A stretch of DNA of 63,229 bases, filler included, from Octopus bimaculoides (GCF_001194135.2; 4 parts of 4 records of this genome joined end to end with filler, not necessarily neighbours in it), one strand, 5' to 3'. Positions 24,616-38,775 are shown, numbered from the whole stretch's first letter. Notes: generated from the letters alone by a model not told the origin. A program made the numbers and translations.

Positions 24616-24869
24616 GGTTTATAAAATATATATATACATGCTCTTGTTATGCTTGTATTAAGAGTACCTGTTTATAGGGAAAAGAAGGGATGGCCACAGC
24701 TGGAATGCTTTTGAACATAGGCCTGCTTAATCAGGGCTGGCTTGAGGTTAACAGCACCAGCAACAGCAGTAACCTCAAAAGCCATGTGCTAACAAGGTGT
24801 CTCTCAATGTTGCTGTCAACCTGCTAGAAATAGCAGCCAAATCTCCTTTAAATTACACTGTACAATCTT

Positions 24870-24911
<42 letters not shown>

Positions 24912-25314
24912 ACACACACACTCTCTCTCTCTCTCTTTCTCTCTCACTCATGCACACTCACACATGCACACACATGTTGGATAACTGTTGTAAGAGAGGA
25001 TGGATAAGGCTGGGGCCAGAGTCATCTGTCTTTTGATCAAAAGTCTGCTCAAACAACAAGAACAGCAAAATGACATCAAGTGAATTTTTCTTCTTTTTTT
25101 GTTTATCCTTGATCTCCTCAAATAACGACAACAACAACTGCTGGAGTCTCCATCAATCACAGTGATGAACATCCTGTTGTCTGACTAGCTGAATTCTTAC
25201 TCATGAAATTAATACGTAGGCAGCTGAGCATTCTCTTGACACATGTAATCTTGATGCAGTGCAATTGTTAAGCTGAATCAGTATGACATGATGTGATGGG
25301 GCAAGACATTATAT

Positions 25315-25844
25315 ATCATCATCATCATCATCATTTAACGTCCGCTTTCTATGCTAGCATGGGTTGGACGATTTGACTGGGGACTGGCGAACCAGATGGC
25401 TACACCAGACTCTAATCTGATCTGGCAGAGTTTCTACAACTGGATGCCCTTCTTAATGCCAACCACTCCGAGAGTGTAGTGGGTGCTTTTTACGTGCCAC
25501 TGGCACGAGGGTCAATCCGGAGGTACTGGCAACAGCCACGTTCAAATGGTGTCTTATTTACATGCCACCTGCACAGGAGTCAGTCCAATGTTTTGTTTAC
25601 ATGCCACCGGCACAAGTGCCAGTAAGGCGAACCTGAAACGATCGCGCTCAAATAGTGCCTTTTACGTGCCACCGGCATGGGAGCGAGACCGCTGCTCTGG
25701 CAGTGATCCCGCTCAGTTGGTGCTGTTAGCGCTCCACTGGCACGGGTGCCAGTCATCGGATTTGGTTCAGTTTCGATCTCACTTGCCCCAACAGGTCTTT
25801 GCAAGCTGAGTTTAGTGTCCAATGAAGGAAGGTTGGCATGGGTG
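25315..25844 (-). mobile_element. RTE LINE 3' UTR, same family as 11848-12685
   Basis: (cat)n then tttaacgtccgctt..ggatgcccttcttaatgccaaccactccgagagtgtagtgggtgc, matching 11860-12020. Confidence 0.8.
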
Positions 25845-26999
25845 NNNNNNNNNNNNNNNNNNNNNNNNNNNNNNNNNNNNNNNNNNNNNNNNNNNNNNNN
25901 NNNNNNNNNNNNNNNNNNNNNNNNNNNNNNNNNNNNNNNNNNNNNNNNNNNNNNNNNNNNNNNNNNNNNNNNNNNNNNNNNNNNNNNNNNNNNNNNNNNN
26001 NNNNNNNNNNNNNNNNNNNNNNNNNNNNNNNNNNNNNNNNNNNNNNNNNNNNNNNNNNNNNNNNNNNNNNNNNNNNNNNNNNNNNNGTACCAGTGAAACA
26101 TTGGGATCGATGTAATCAACTAGTCCCCTCCCAACAAATTTCAGACCTTGTGCCTATAATAGAAAGAATTATTTCAGTTTGATTTGGCTCCATACTGGAT
26201 CAAACTGTTTTAAATAATAATACATGTAACTCCTAAATGTATCAAGTTACTTTTTTTTTTATATACCCACTCATTCGTGTGTGTGTGTGTGTGTGTGAGT
26301 TTTCTGGATTCCTTAAGAATCAAAGCACATCAGCATGTGAACAAATGTTGGTTATGTCCAGATGCTAAGAACTCTTACTAAGATACATGTAAGACACCAA
26401 CTAATGTTGGCTATGTTTAGGTCAACTGTTTAAAATCTTATCTGTTTAAACTTGTACCTGATAATGGTGGATTGTATATATGATGTAATCTTTTACACCT
26501 GAATTAAATAAATAAAATTCTATTGAAACAGCTGTTGTAAATTTCAAATACAACTTGTATTAATTATTTTGTGTGTACATACCTGTATATATGTACATAT
26601 GTGTAAATGTATGTCTGTATATATGAGTGTATTTATGTATGCATGTATATATATGTGTGTATATATATACGAGTGTATTTATATGTACTCTTTTACTTGT
26701 TTCAGTCATTTAACTGTGGCCATGCTGGAGCACCGCCTTTTAATCGAGGAAATCAACTCCAGGACTTATTCTTTGTAAGCCCAGTACTTATTCTATCGGT
26801 CTCTTTTGCCGAACTGCTAAGTTATGGGGATGTAAACACACCAGCATCGGTTGTTAAGCGATGTTGGGTGGACAAACACAGACACACATACATTCCTCTC
26901 TTTCTCCCCCCATACCCCTCTTCCCTCTTTCTCACTCTCTTCTCTCTCACTCTCTNNNNNNNNNNNNNNNNNNNNNNNNNNNNNNNNNNNNNNNNNNNN

Positions 27000-27011
27000 T
27001 TAATTAATTAA
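27000..27011. other. TTAATTAATTAA spacer inside an N-gap (probable assembly artefact)
   Basis: Identical 12-mer flanked by Ns here, at 53948-53959 and at 59947-59958; it encodes stops in all six frames. Confidence 0.8.
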
Positions 27012-27055
27012 NNNNNNNNNNNNNNNNNNNNNNNNNNNNNNNNNNNNNNNNNNNN

Positions 27056-27089
<34 letters not shown>

Positions 27090-28093
27090 TGTATACATAT
27101 ATATATATATATATTCATATACACATCTATCTCATCCGCACACACGCACACACATACATTATTATTGTTACTAATAGCATTATCATCATAAACATTATTT
27201 CTTTTTTTCCTCAACGCATTTCCGTCTTGCCATCATTCAATTATCTCTTGACCTCAACTCCTACTATCCTTAAGTATATCATATGCAGATGCGACGATGT
27301 CAGCGAAGAGAGAAAAGTCTACTCATATTACATAAATATTTCAAACAGAATATTCTTTCTTCTCCTGCAGCTGAAATTATAACGCCATTAAAGTCAACTC
27401 CTACGACATATTTTATTTTATCTAAATATTCATTTCTNNNNNNNNNNNNNNNNNNNNNNNNNNNNNNNNNNNNNNNNNNNNNNNNNNNNNNNNNNNNNNN
27501 NNNNNNNNNNNNNNNNNNNNNNNNNNNNNNNNNNNNNNNNNNNNNNNNNNNNNNNNNNNNNNNNNNNNNNNNNNNNNNNNNNNNNNNNNNNNNNNNNNNN
27601 NNNNNNNNNNNNNNNNNNNNNNNNNNNNNNNNNNNNNNNNNNNNNNNNNNNNNNNNNNNNNNNNNNNNNNNNNNNNNNNNNNNNNNNNNNNNNNNNNNNN
27701 NNNNNNNNNNNNNNNNNNNNNNNNNNNNNNNNNNNNNNNNNNNNNNNNNNNNNNNNNNNNNNNNNNNNNNNNNNNNNNNNNNNNNNNNNNNNNNNNNNNN
27801 NNNNNNNNNNNNNNNNNNNNNNNNNNNNNNNNNNNNNNNNNNNNNNNNNNNNNNNNNNNNNNNNNNNNNNNNNNNNNNNNNNNNNNNNNNNNNNNNNNNN
27901 NNNNNNNNNNNNNNNNNNNNNNNNNNNNNNNNNNNNNNNNNNNNNNNNNNNNNNNNNNNNNNNNNNNNNNNNNNNNNNNNNNNNNNNNNNNNNNNNNNNN
28001 NNNNNNNNNNNNNNNNNNNNNNNNNNNNNNNNNNNNNNNNNNNATATATATATATATATATATGTATATGTATATATATATATGGTTAGATAG

Positions 28094-28133
28094 ACCACTG
28101 AAGTGGTCCAAAAAGATCGAAATCGCATCTAGT
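28094..28133 (+). ncRNA. Decayed minimal hammerhead-like motif
   Basis: ACCA-CTGAAGT-GGTC CAAAAA GATC-GAAA-TCGCA-TC-TAGT. A9 is changed to T and stem I has one mismatch. Confidence 0.45.
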
Positions 28134-29071
28134 GTTTTGTCAGCTAGCGTGGTAGGTGTTCTCTCCCACTTGCAATGAATATTGAGCGGGAAAGCGCACT
28201 GATAAAAACCAACAGAAGGAGTTGTCTTCTCGGGGCAAAAATAGCAGTATCATTTGTTCATTTCTAGCCGGCATTTGTCCTGTACCGAGCAAGGGAAATA
28301 ACCCAGAAGCCATTGGTCTACACGTATCGCTAACGTTAGAAAGGGAGCAATAAACTCGCTTGCTTACGGTATACGGACACAGACCATGTGTCGGTAGCCT
28401 GCTGGGAAAGATGTTTTCCTGGGGCTAAAAGTCGTAACATCGTTCTGTGTAGGAGTGCCACATTGCGTTGCTAAACTGACTTTAATGTATATATATGATG
28501 GCCGCTCATATACGTATATGCGTGTGCGCGCGTGTGTGTGTATGCGTACAGTTAAGAGTATATTTAACTGCACTGTAGATGAGTGTAGAATTATTAGATA
28601 TTATTTTCATTGTAAAACTAAAACAGAGAGAAGGCAACTTATGTATTTGATGTGATAAATAAATTTTCACTAAGTAATATATAATTAAATTATTTACCTT
28701 AGCCTACGTGATATCGCGATCTCTTATCACCTTGCAGGTGGGGGCCCAGCTAGAATTTTCTTCAGGTTGAGTAGCCCAACCCGCTCAAATGAACCCTGAA
28801 TGAGAGTTGTTTGAGGAAATTGAACGAAACACTCGCCTTTCCAAAAGTGAATTGTTGAAATCGCAAAGAATTCCTCTCAACACGTGGTTATGATTTTGCC
28901 CCACTAACTCTGCTCGTGATCAGAGATGCACATATCGTCGGCCAATAAGGGACAAGCTCAACTGTTTAAGGTCAAACAATTGATAAGCAAATCTGTGGTA
29001 TTGAGCAGAACATTTGCTGTAGCCCATCTGTACATGATAACACTTCCAATAAGTTAAGATCAGAAGCCACA

Positions 29072-29197
<126 letters not shown>

Positions 29198-29968
29198 AAC
29201 AGTCTGATTTGGCCTTATGTAACTTCTAACTGTTTCGCGTGATTCTAACAGAAACCCATGTGTTAGCATGGAAGTCGAAGGTCTCGTAACTAACGGGGAC
29301 AGCAATTGAATATCACCTGAAGAAATACAACTGGCTCCCATTATACAGGTAAACCGTTGAATATAATCAAATTCCTCTCTAGATGAAGATCTATGTTGTA
29401 TGGAAACTTGTGTGGTGATTAAAAAATCACTGTCCAACCGTAATTTTACTTGTTGACTCTATCTTATTCATGCATGCATACATACATACATACATACATA
29501 CATACATACATACANNNNNNNNNNNNNNNNNNNNNNNNNNNNNNNNNNNNNNNNNNNNNNNNNNNNNNNNNNNNNNNNNNNNNNNNNNNNNNNNNNNNNN
29601 NNNNNNNNNNNNNNGCTCCTGTTTGTGAGTGCATGATAAATGCTTCAGATATTTGAAATTAAGACGAACAAATGTTTTTCATTGATTTCCTAGAAAGAGA
29701 AAGAAAGGAACGCAGCAGTTTGCGAAAGATAGACACTGGTAGAAATATAAGTGGGGGAAAGAGACAGAAACAGGGGTTAAAAGAGAGGGGGAGAGAGGGA
29801 GAACGACCGAAGGAGAGAGTGGTAGGGAGAGAGAGAGAGAGTGTGTGAGAGATCAAACCAAGATTACATAGGAAATAGTATTCGGTAAGTAGGTCCAACA
29901 ACAAGAGTACTGGTTGGTATTTTGAAATGTCAACAAAGTAGAAAATTACAGAATGTGTGTGACTCTGG

Positions 29969-30007
<39 letters not shown>

Positions 30008-30455
30008 NNNNNNNNNNNNNNNNNNNNNNNNNNNNNNNNNNNNNNNNNNNNNNNNNNNNNNNNNNNNNNNNNNNNNNNNNNNNNNNNNNNNNNNNNNNNN
30101 NNNNNNNNNNNNNNNNNNNNNNNNNNNNNNNNNNNNNNNNNNNNNNNNNNNNNNNNNNNNNNNNNNNNNNNNNNNNNNNNNNNNNNNNNNNNNNNNNNNN
30201 NNNNNNNNNNNNNNNNNNNNNNNNNNNNNNNNNNNNNNNNNNNNNNNNNNNNNNNNNNNNNNNNNNNNNNNNNNNNNNNNNNNNNNNNNNNNNNNNNNNN
30301 NNNNNNNNNNNNNNNNNNNNNNNNNNNNNNNNNNNNNNNNTATATATATATACATATATATATATATATAAATATACACCCTATATTTATGTATGTATAT
30401 AAGTATATATACACGCATATATACAACCCATATTATATATGTATATAAGTATATA

Positions 30456-31787
30456 TTGGGTCATCCCATAAATAATGCGCTTTTTTATACTTCTTTTAAT
30501 TTTCTAAATTAATATTAAGTTTTTGTTAATCTAAAATATACTCTCCTTCATTTTCTAGAATGCTGTTCCATCTATCTGGTAGACTTCCAAGGTCCCTCTT
30601 CCAAAATCCACTTGTGCGTGACGAAAAATACTCCTTCAGTACTGTTCTGACCTCGTCTACAGAATTCATATTTTTTCCGTCCGAATGGTTTTGAAGACTG
30701 CGGAATAAATGATAATCAGATGGGACAATGTCTGGCGAATATGGTGGGTGGGGCATCGTTTCCCATTCGAACTACTCCAGCCTTTGGGATGTCATCCTTG
30801 CTGTATGTGGCTGTGCATTTTCCTGACGGAAGGACNNNNNNNNNNNNNNNNNNNNNNNNNNNNNNNNNNNNNNNNNNNNNNNNNNNNNNNNNNNNNNNNN
30901 NNNNNNNNNNNNNNNNNNNNNNNNNNNNNNNNNNNNNNNNNNNNNNNNNNNNNNNNNNNNNNNNNNNNNNNNNNNNNNNNNNNNNNNNNNNNNNNNNNNN
31001 NNNNNNNNNNNNNNNNNNNNNNNNNNNNNNNNNNNNNNNNNNNNNNNNNNNNNNNNNNNNNNNNNNNNNNNNNNNNNNNNNNNNNNNNNNNNNNNNNNNN
31101 NNNNNNNNNNNNNNNNNNNNNNNNNNNNNNNNNNNNNNNNNNNNNNNNNNNNNNNNNNNNNNNNNNNNNNNNNNNNNNNNNNNNNNNNNNNNNNNNNNNN
31201 NNNNNNNNNNNNNNNNNNNNNNNNNNNNNNNNNNNNNNNNNNNNNNNNNNNNNNNNNNNNNNNNNNNNNNNNNNNNNNNNNNNNNNNNNNNNNNNNNNNN
31301 NNNNNNNNNNNNNNNNNNNNNNNNNNNNNNNNNNNNNNNNNNNNNNNNNNNNNNNNNNNNNNNNNNNNNNNNNNNNNNNNNNNNNNNNNNNNNNNNNNNN
31401 NNNNNNNNNNNNNNNNNNNNNNNNNNNNNNNNNNNNNNNNNNNNNNNNNNNNNNNNNNNNNNNNNNNNNNNNNNNNNNNNNNNNNNNNNNNNNNNNNNNN
31501 NNNNNNNNNNNNNNNNNNNNNNNNNNNNNNNNNNNNNNNNNNNNNNNNNNNNNNNNNNNNNNNNNNNNNAGTTCTTCAACAGTTACAATGGGATTTTCTT
31601 CCAGCAGGGTTTGCGGGACGTCCTCGTCGAACTTAACAGATCTTCCAGGACGCGACTCGTCTTCTAGGCTGTAGTTTCTGGCTCGGAATTTCTGGAAGCA
31701 CCCAGAACTTATTGTCTGGTCCCCATTTACTGCATTAATATTCCTCGCAGTTTCCGTTGCATTATTACCTTTATTGAACTCATACAT
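30456..31787 (-). mobile_element. Mariner transposon, near full length, centre lost in a gap
   Basis: N-terminus MYEFNKGNNATETARNINAV..FQKFR..SLEDESRPGRS; C-terminus HPPYSPDIVPSDYHLFRSLQN..LPDRW..ENEGEY; TA plus TIR ttgggtcatcccataaataatgc at 30454. Confidence 0.92.
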
Positions 31788-31878
<91 letters not shown>

Positions 31879-31879
31879 T

Positions 31880-32250
31880 TTGGTAAGAAACTTGCTTTGT
31901 AACCACATAGTTCTGAGTTCGATCCCATTGCGTAACATTGAGGCCAAGTCTCTTGTGCTACGGCCTCGATCTGACTAGTGCCTTGTCATTTGGTAGAGGG
32001 AAACTCAAAGAAGCCTGTCGTATAAATATGTATGCATATATATGTATATATGGGGTGGTCGGTCCCCACCACCGCTTGACAACCGCTGGTGGCTTGTTTA
32101 CGTCCCCATAACTTAGCGCTCGGCATAAGAATCGGAAGAATATGTACGATGCGTAAACAATAGAAAAGTAAGGGATTCGATTAGTTCGACTGGTACACTT
32201 CAAAGCATTGCTCCAGCACGGCCGCAGTCCACTGACTGAAACAAGTAAAG
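31880..32250 (+). mobile_element. SINE family 1, diverged
   Basis: ggtaagaaacttgctttgtaaccac head through tail ccagcacggccgcagtcc..gactgaaacaagtaaag. Confidence 0.75.
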
Positions 32251-32411
32251 ATGATGAGTAAAAGATCTATTTGCGTGTGTGTTTGTATGCGTGTATGTAT
32301 ATATGTATACATATGTTTGTGTGGGTGTATGTGTGTGTATGTGTATATATGTATATATAATATACATATGTGTATATATTTTTACACACTCACATACTCA
32401 CACACATATAG

Positions 32412-32498
<87 letters not shown>

Positions 32499-32996
32499 AA
32501 TGTATGTATTTATGTGCTCACAGAAAGAGAGAGGGAAGATGGGAGAGACAGATTCATACAAACTACATAAACACCTAAGTCTGATACACAAAAAGACCCT
32601 TGTTTGTGACTGAAATATGCTAACGGCATTCGTAAAGCGAAGTATCATCTTTCCATAATGGCCATTAATGATTCTCTAATCACTTCTCAAGATGTGGGCA
32701 CTCGGTGTATTATACTTCTCATGTGTAAAGGTACTTTTTCACAACTTGCCCTGCTAAAGAAACAGTACTACGACTGTCCACTTATCACTCCCCGACAACT
32801 GAAATCTAATTTTGATCGATGGTTCAACTTTCATTGAAGTGTATTTTATTTCGATGGAGAAGATGTCGTACACTAAACAAATAAACAACGACACAAATAT
32901 TAAAAAAAAATTGATATATAAAACTGAAAACTCTTGTAACAAAAGTCCATGTATTAATAATTGCGGTTAAAATTTTGGTATACTTGATTTTTACGT

Positions 32997-33031
<35 letters not shown>

Positions 33032-33041
33032 NNNNNNNNNN

Positions 33042-33072
<31 letters not shown>

Positions 33073-33520
33073 CAGTAGTAGCAGTAGTAATGTATCTAAG
33101 ACTCCATTATCCAACACCCTTTTCACCAACACTGCCTCCAGCCAGCCATTTTTAAAGACGATAAATGATGCAAATTTGAGGGCGATAGGTTACCATTCCT
33201 AGCAGATCAATCGCCCACAACTTCATTAGCTCGGCATAAATGGCGTTCTTCATACTATTGTTGCTGTTGCTTATTTATAGTCCTAGCTTAAACCAGGCAG
33301 AGTAGAACTATAATAAAAAGCGTTCCAACTGTGACTCTTCCGTTCGGTTTTCAGTAAGAGTATATCGAGGAATTCATTTCCGAAATGTTCCCTTCTTTTA
33401 AGCTGTTAGGGTGTGACTTTAGGTCACAGCCGTATCTTTCTATCTAGCCATGTATGTATGTATGTATGTATGTATGTATGTATGTATGTATGTACGTATG
33501 TAAGTATGTATGTATGTATA

Positions 33521-33551
<31 letters not shown>

Positions 33552-33659
33552 GCATGTATGTATATGTATATATATGTGTGTGTGTGTGTGTGAGTGTGTG
33601 TGTGTGTAGATAGATAGATAGATAGATAGATGTACATATGTAAGCATGTATGTAAATAT

Positions 33660-34030
33660 TACAGCTGCTGTTCGCAGCAGTACATATGCAACCTGTGTTA
33701 AGGAGTGCCTTTCTGTTCGAGGATTGAGAAGGCATGTCGGAAGAGTTCATACCGTAGCACCTGTTCCTCCTGCCAGCAAGTACAGTTGTGCATATTATGC
33801 AATATAAATTTGCAAATATTTGACCGAGGGCGTGGGCCTCAGATTGCGTCATCGACGACTCCTTTCAGTGGCTCTTTCTAGGAATGACTTTGCTCGTGTG
33901 GGAGAAAGCAGCTGCTTCTACACGTTAACAACACATCCAGGGCTGAGACGACCAATGAGGCAGAGCATGATAAGACAACCCACCCAATGTACGATTATGA
34001 TGATGATGATTGTGATGATGATGAATTCAT
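33660..34030 (+). mobile_element. LINE 3' end with C2H2 zinc-finger remnant and (GAT)n tail, probably RTE group
   Basis: ..TCVKECLSVRGLRRHVGRVH.. followed by a short UTR and attatgatgatgatgat. Confidence 0.5.
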
Positions 34031-34142
34031 GAGTACCATCATCATCATCATCATCATCACTACCAACAAGAATAGCAGCAACGATAAAGACGACGATACA
34101 AGTTACTACTACTCCTGCTACTACTGCTTCTGGTGCTGCAGT

Positions 34143-34185
<43 letters not shown>

Positions 34186-34302
34186 GCTATAGACAGCAGC
34201 AGCGATAGCACCACTACCACCACTACCACCACTACCACTACTACCACTACCACCACTACCACCACCACTATTACTACTACCGACGCCGCCACCCACTACT
34301 AC

Positions 34303-34337
<35 letters not shown>

Positions 34338-34454
34338 TTACTGCTGCTGCTGCTGCTGCTACCACTACATCCTTATCCCTATCGCAGGATTTTCTTTTTA
34401 CCAGAAGTTCTGATTCAACTTTCCGCCCGACCAAGCAAGACAGAAAGTTGAAAG

Positions 34455-34485
<31 letters not shown>

Positions 34486-34944
34486 NNNNNNNNNNNNNNN
34501 NNNNNNNNNNNNNNNNNNNNNNNNNNNNNNNNNNNNNNNNNNNNNNNNNNNNNNNNNNNNNNNNNNNNNNNNNNNNNNNNNNNNNNNNNNNNNNNNNNNN
34601 NNNNNNNNNNNNNNNNNNNNNNNNNNNNNNNNNNNNNNNNNNNNNNNNNNNNNNNNNNNNNNNNNNNNNNNNNNNNNNNNNNNNNNNNNNNNNNNNNNNN
34701 NNNNNNNNNNNNNNNNNNNNNNNNNNNNNNNNNNNNNNNNNNNNNNNNNNNNNNNNNNNNNNNNNNNNNNNNNNNNNNNNNNNNNNNNNNNNNNNNNNNN
34801 NNNNNNNNNNNNNNNNNNNNNNNNNNNNNNNNNNNNNNNNNNNGCTGAGTTTTTGATAACAGGAAACAGTTTTAATTAATTAATTAATTTATATATTTAT
34901 TAACAAAAATTAAATTAAAGTATAAACGAAATTATCATCGTCAT

Positions 34945-35267
34945 CATTATTATTATTGTTATGAAGGAAACGAGCTCGACTTGGCCTTTCATCATTTCGA
35001 GGTCGATAAATTAAGTACCAGTTGCCAACTGGGGGCGATGTACTCGGCTGGCCCCCTCCCCAAAGATTTCGGGCCTTGTGTCTGGAGTAAAGATTATTAT
35101 TATTGTTATGAAAGAAACGAGTTTGACTTGGCCTTTCATCCTTTCGAGGTCGATAAATTAAGTACCAGTTGCGTACTGGGCCGATCTACTCGACTGGCCC
35201 CCTCCCCAGAGATTTCGGGCCTTGTGTCTGGAGTAAAGATTATTATTATTGTTATGAAGGAAACGAG
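34945..35267 (+). repeat. Tandem duplication (about 146-bp unit, just over two copies) of a SINE family 2 3' half
   Basis: agattattattattgttatgaa recurs at 35091 and 35237; unit contains ttcgaggtcgataaattaagtaccagttg. Confidence 0.85.
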
Positions 35268-35819
35268 CAAACTTCTTACCACACAGCTACGCCTGCGCCT
35301 ATAGAGTGTATGATATTTTCTTCTTGTGTCCTCGGAGTAATAACGCTATTTACCTCATTTCTAAGCGACCGTAACCTGAACATTTCTTTGGAATGGGACG
35401 CAGGTCCGTTGCAAGGTTCACATCCAGCAGATTTTAAGGAGAGGGGACAAATCGATCACACTGACCCCGGTATACATGATCGGCACTTTATTTTATCGAT
35501 CCAAAAAGGACGAAAAGCAGAGTCGATCTTGAGGGGGACTTCAAATCAAAAGTGATCCCTGAAGAAATGTTGTTAGGCATTTTGACCAACGTGCAAAATA
35601 TTATACAAGCTCGTCGCCTTTCCTGTATAATTGGATAGGGGTCAATTTGGTTGTTATATCTAGCACGTCGAACGACCGCATATGAATGCCATTTATTAAA
35701 CTGAGCATGATTTATACGTATGAGAAGCCTTAATTTGACTACTATTTTTAGCAAAATAAACAACCACTAGTGAGATTTCTCTTGTTTTCTCCCATAATTT
35801 CTACAAAATGTATTAATTT

Positions 35820-36045
35820 CTTTATTGACCACACGGGGCAATAAACATAGCTAGGACAAACAAGGACAGAAAAGAGATTAAGTCGATTAGAACGAACCCA
35901 GTGCGAAACTGGTGCTTATTTAATCGATCCCGAAAGGATGAAAGCAAAGTCGACCTCGGCGGAATTTGAACTCAGAACGTAACGGCAGACGAAATACTGC
36001 TAAGCATTTCGGCCGGCGTGCTAACGTTTCTGCCAGCTCACCGCC
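35820..36045 (-). mobile_element. SINE family 2
   Basis: ..gtcgacctcggcggaatttgaactcagaacgtaacggcagacgaaatactgctaagcatt..ccagctcaccgcct. Confidence 0.85.
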
Positions 36046-36604
36046 TTTCAGTACAATAGGTATTGAAAGAGAAACACCGCCTTGGTGGAAAGCAGAAAAA
36101 ATTTCAATCAGATTTAAATTCAAAAGTGGTTCGAGAGAGACTCGAAAGCGTTTGCTCTACACAAAAATCGACATTCATTTTTCATACGTATCGTGGTTGC
36201 CGACTTGTTACAAGGTTTCTATGGCGGCTGATGAAATCAAAGTTCTTAAGGTCGCCAAACTTTATTTTCGTGGGACTGCTGAAACATTTATAAATTCTAT
36301 ATATTTATTTNNNNNNNNNNNNNNNNNNNNNNNNNNNNNNNNNNNNNNNNNNNNNNNNNNNNNNNNNNNNNNNNNNNNNNNNNNNNNNNNNNNNNNNNNN
36401 NNNNNNNNNNNNNNNNNNNNNNNNNNNNNNNNNNNNNNNNNNNNNNNNNNNNNNNNNNNNNNNNNNNNNNNNNNNNNNNNNNNNNNNNNNNNNNNNNNNN
36501 NNNNNNNNNNNNNNNNNNNNNNNNNNNNNNNNNNNNNNNNNNNNNNNACACACACACTTTCTCTTTCTGTACATATGTAACTAAGTATGTATATTAGGTA
36601 TATT

Positions 36605-36655
<51 letters not shown>

Positions 36656-36903
36656 ACACACATATATATACTCGTACATAGATGCATATATACATATGTA
36701 TATGTGCATACGTACACACATACACAAACACACATATATATACACACATAGATATACACATATATACACACACATATACATACACACAAACACATACATA
36801 CTCATACATAGATGCATGTATACATATGTATACGTGCATACGCACACACATTCACAAACACATATATATACACACATAGATATATACATATATAAACACA
36901 CAT

Positions 36904-36936
<33 letters not shown>

Positions 36937-37149
36937 CTCACACATATATGGACGCACATACATATATATGTATATGTATATATATCGACGTTTGTGTAAA
37001 AATACATGTGTGTGTGTGTGTGTGTGTGATAGCGTTTTTCTTTAGTTATTTATTTTCTATCATATTCACACATTAACCTTATATTTTGTTGACTAATTCC
37101 GCATGATGCTCATTTACATTCATACATACATGCACAAATACATGCATAT

Positions 37150-37191
<42 letters not shown>

Positions 37192-37605
37192 CTGTGTATG
37201 GAGTGGTGGGAGTGTAGGCAATTAGTGGGGGTGGGTGAAAGTAGAAGGAATTGTTGTAAGAATGGGAGAAGCTATCCATGGTGTATGTATACATAGTTAC
37301 ATGGGAGCATATCTGGAGTGCATACATACACACGTACCCACACACTCACACACACAGACACACATATATATGTATGTGTATACACACAAACACATGTGTG
37401 TGTGTGTATAACTACAATTAAAACTGTGGTTTTTCGCTGACGTTACTAAAAGTTTCGCCTTACGGCTGTCGTGTTGAGCTTTGAATAAAAGCCCGTTATT
37501 TGAGACTCGTAATATTGTACGCCGCTCTTATTATCGGTGCTGAATGCAATGGGTACGTTTTCTGATATATCTTTATATATGTGTAAATATGTATATGTAT
37601 GTGTA

Positions 37606-37644
<39 letters not shown>

Positions 37645-37720
37645 ACGCAGAGAGAGAAAGAGGAAGACGGAGGGAGGGAGGAAAAGAAGAGAAATAGATA
37701 AATAGGTAGATATGGATATG

Positions 37721-37764
<44 letters not shown>

Positions 37765-37926
37765 GGCGCAGGAGAGGCTCTGTGGTAAGTAGCTTACATA
37801 CCAACCATATAGTTCTGGGTTCGGTCCTACTGCGTGGCACGTTGCGCAAGTGTCTTCAACTATAGCCTCAGGCCGACCAAAGACTTGTGAGTGGATTTGG
37901 TAGACAGAAACTGAAAGAAGCCCGTC

Positions 37927-38005
<79 letters not shown>

Positions 38006-38208
38006 TGTGTGTGTGTATGTGTGTGTGTTTGCGTCTGTGTTTGTCCCCCACCGTCGCTTGACAACCGACGTTGGTGTGTTTACGTCCCCGTGACCTAGCG
38101 TTTCGGCATAAGAAACCGATATGAGAAGTACTAGGCTTACAAAGAATAAATCCTGGGATCGATTTGTTCGACTAAAGGCGGTGTTCCAGCATGGCCGCAG
38201 TCAAATGT
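37765..38208 (+). mobile_element. SINE family 1, near full length with internal (TA)n
   Basis: ggcgcaggagaggctctgtggtaagtagct head, B-box-like gggttcggtcc, CORE-like gcaagtgtctt, tail ends at an L1-like fragment. Confidence 0.85.
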
Positions 38209-38214
38209 CCAGCC

Positions 38215-38775
38215 ATTTCAGACCTGTGGGTTTATGTCAAATGGCTGCTGTCACGTGTGGGACGAATTCGGTTATCGGCCGAGTTTATCGGGGAAATTGC
38301 CCCGCCACCTTCCTTTAACCAGGAAGGCAAGGCAGTTTTCATTGTACTGGTGGCTATGGTGAAAGAATGTGTGTGGTGGACTCGTGCGAATGGATTGGAG
38401 ACAAACACTTTCCCCTCTGGCCAACCTCTCCTCAACTGTTTGAAGTATCAATTGAAGAGGAAGGTGAGAATAGCGAGAGAAGTTTTGTCTAATGAAAGGT
38501 TCAACAAAAGGTGGGGGGCAAGGATGGTTCGAATAAATGGCGGAACCACCTTGAGCATGATCCTATAAAACGAAGAGAGAAAGAGCGTCTTGTTCTCATG
38601 TTAATGTTTTCCTTTTCGTTTCCGAGGTTACCTTGGTCCTTTTTCGTAGGTTTTTCTTTCCACGGATAAACCTAGCTAATGTTACATTTCTGCCCCCTAT
38701 TGGGAACTCTTATTGATAACAATGACTTCTGTGTTATTTCCCTGTTTACACGTCCAAAAAGAAAAGAAAAAAAAA
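38215..38775 (+). mobile_element. L1/Tx1-like LINE 3' end with poly(A)
   Basis: ORF 38191-38568 ends ..KECVWWTRANGL..LKYQLKRKVRIAREVLSNERFNKRW..RMVRING..L*, then a T-rich UTR and an A-tail at 38756-38775. Confidence 0.7.

Noticed and set aside
27000-27011. Recurring TTAATTAATTAA motif (also 53948 and 59947)
   Set aside because: Always embedded in N-gaps and identical; best explained as a six-frame-stop assembly spacer.
37440-37482. Minus-strand GCC-GTAA-GGC-GAAA-CTTTTAG-TA
   Set aside because: No CUGANGA upstream and no stem I.
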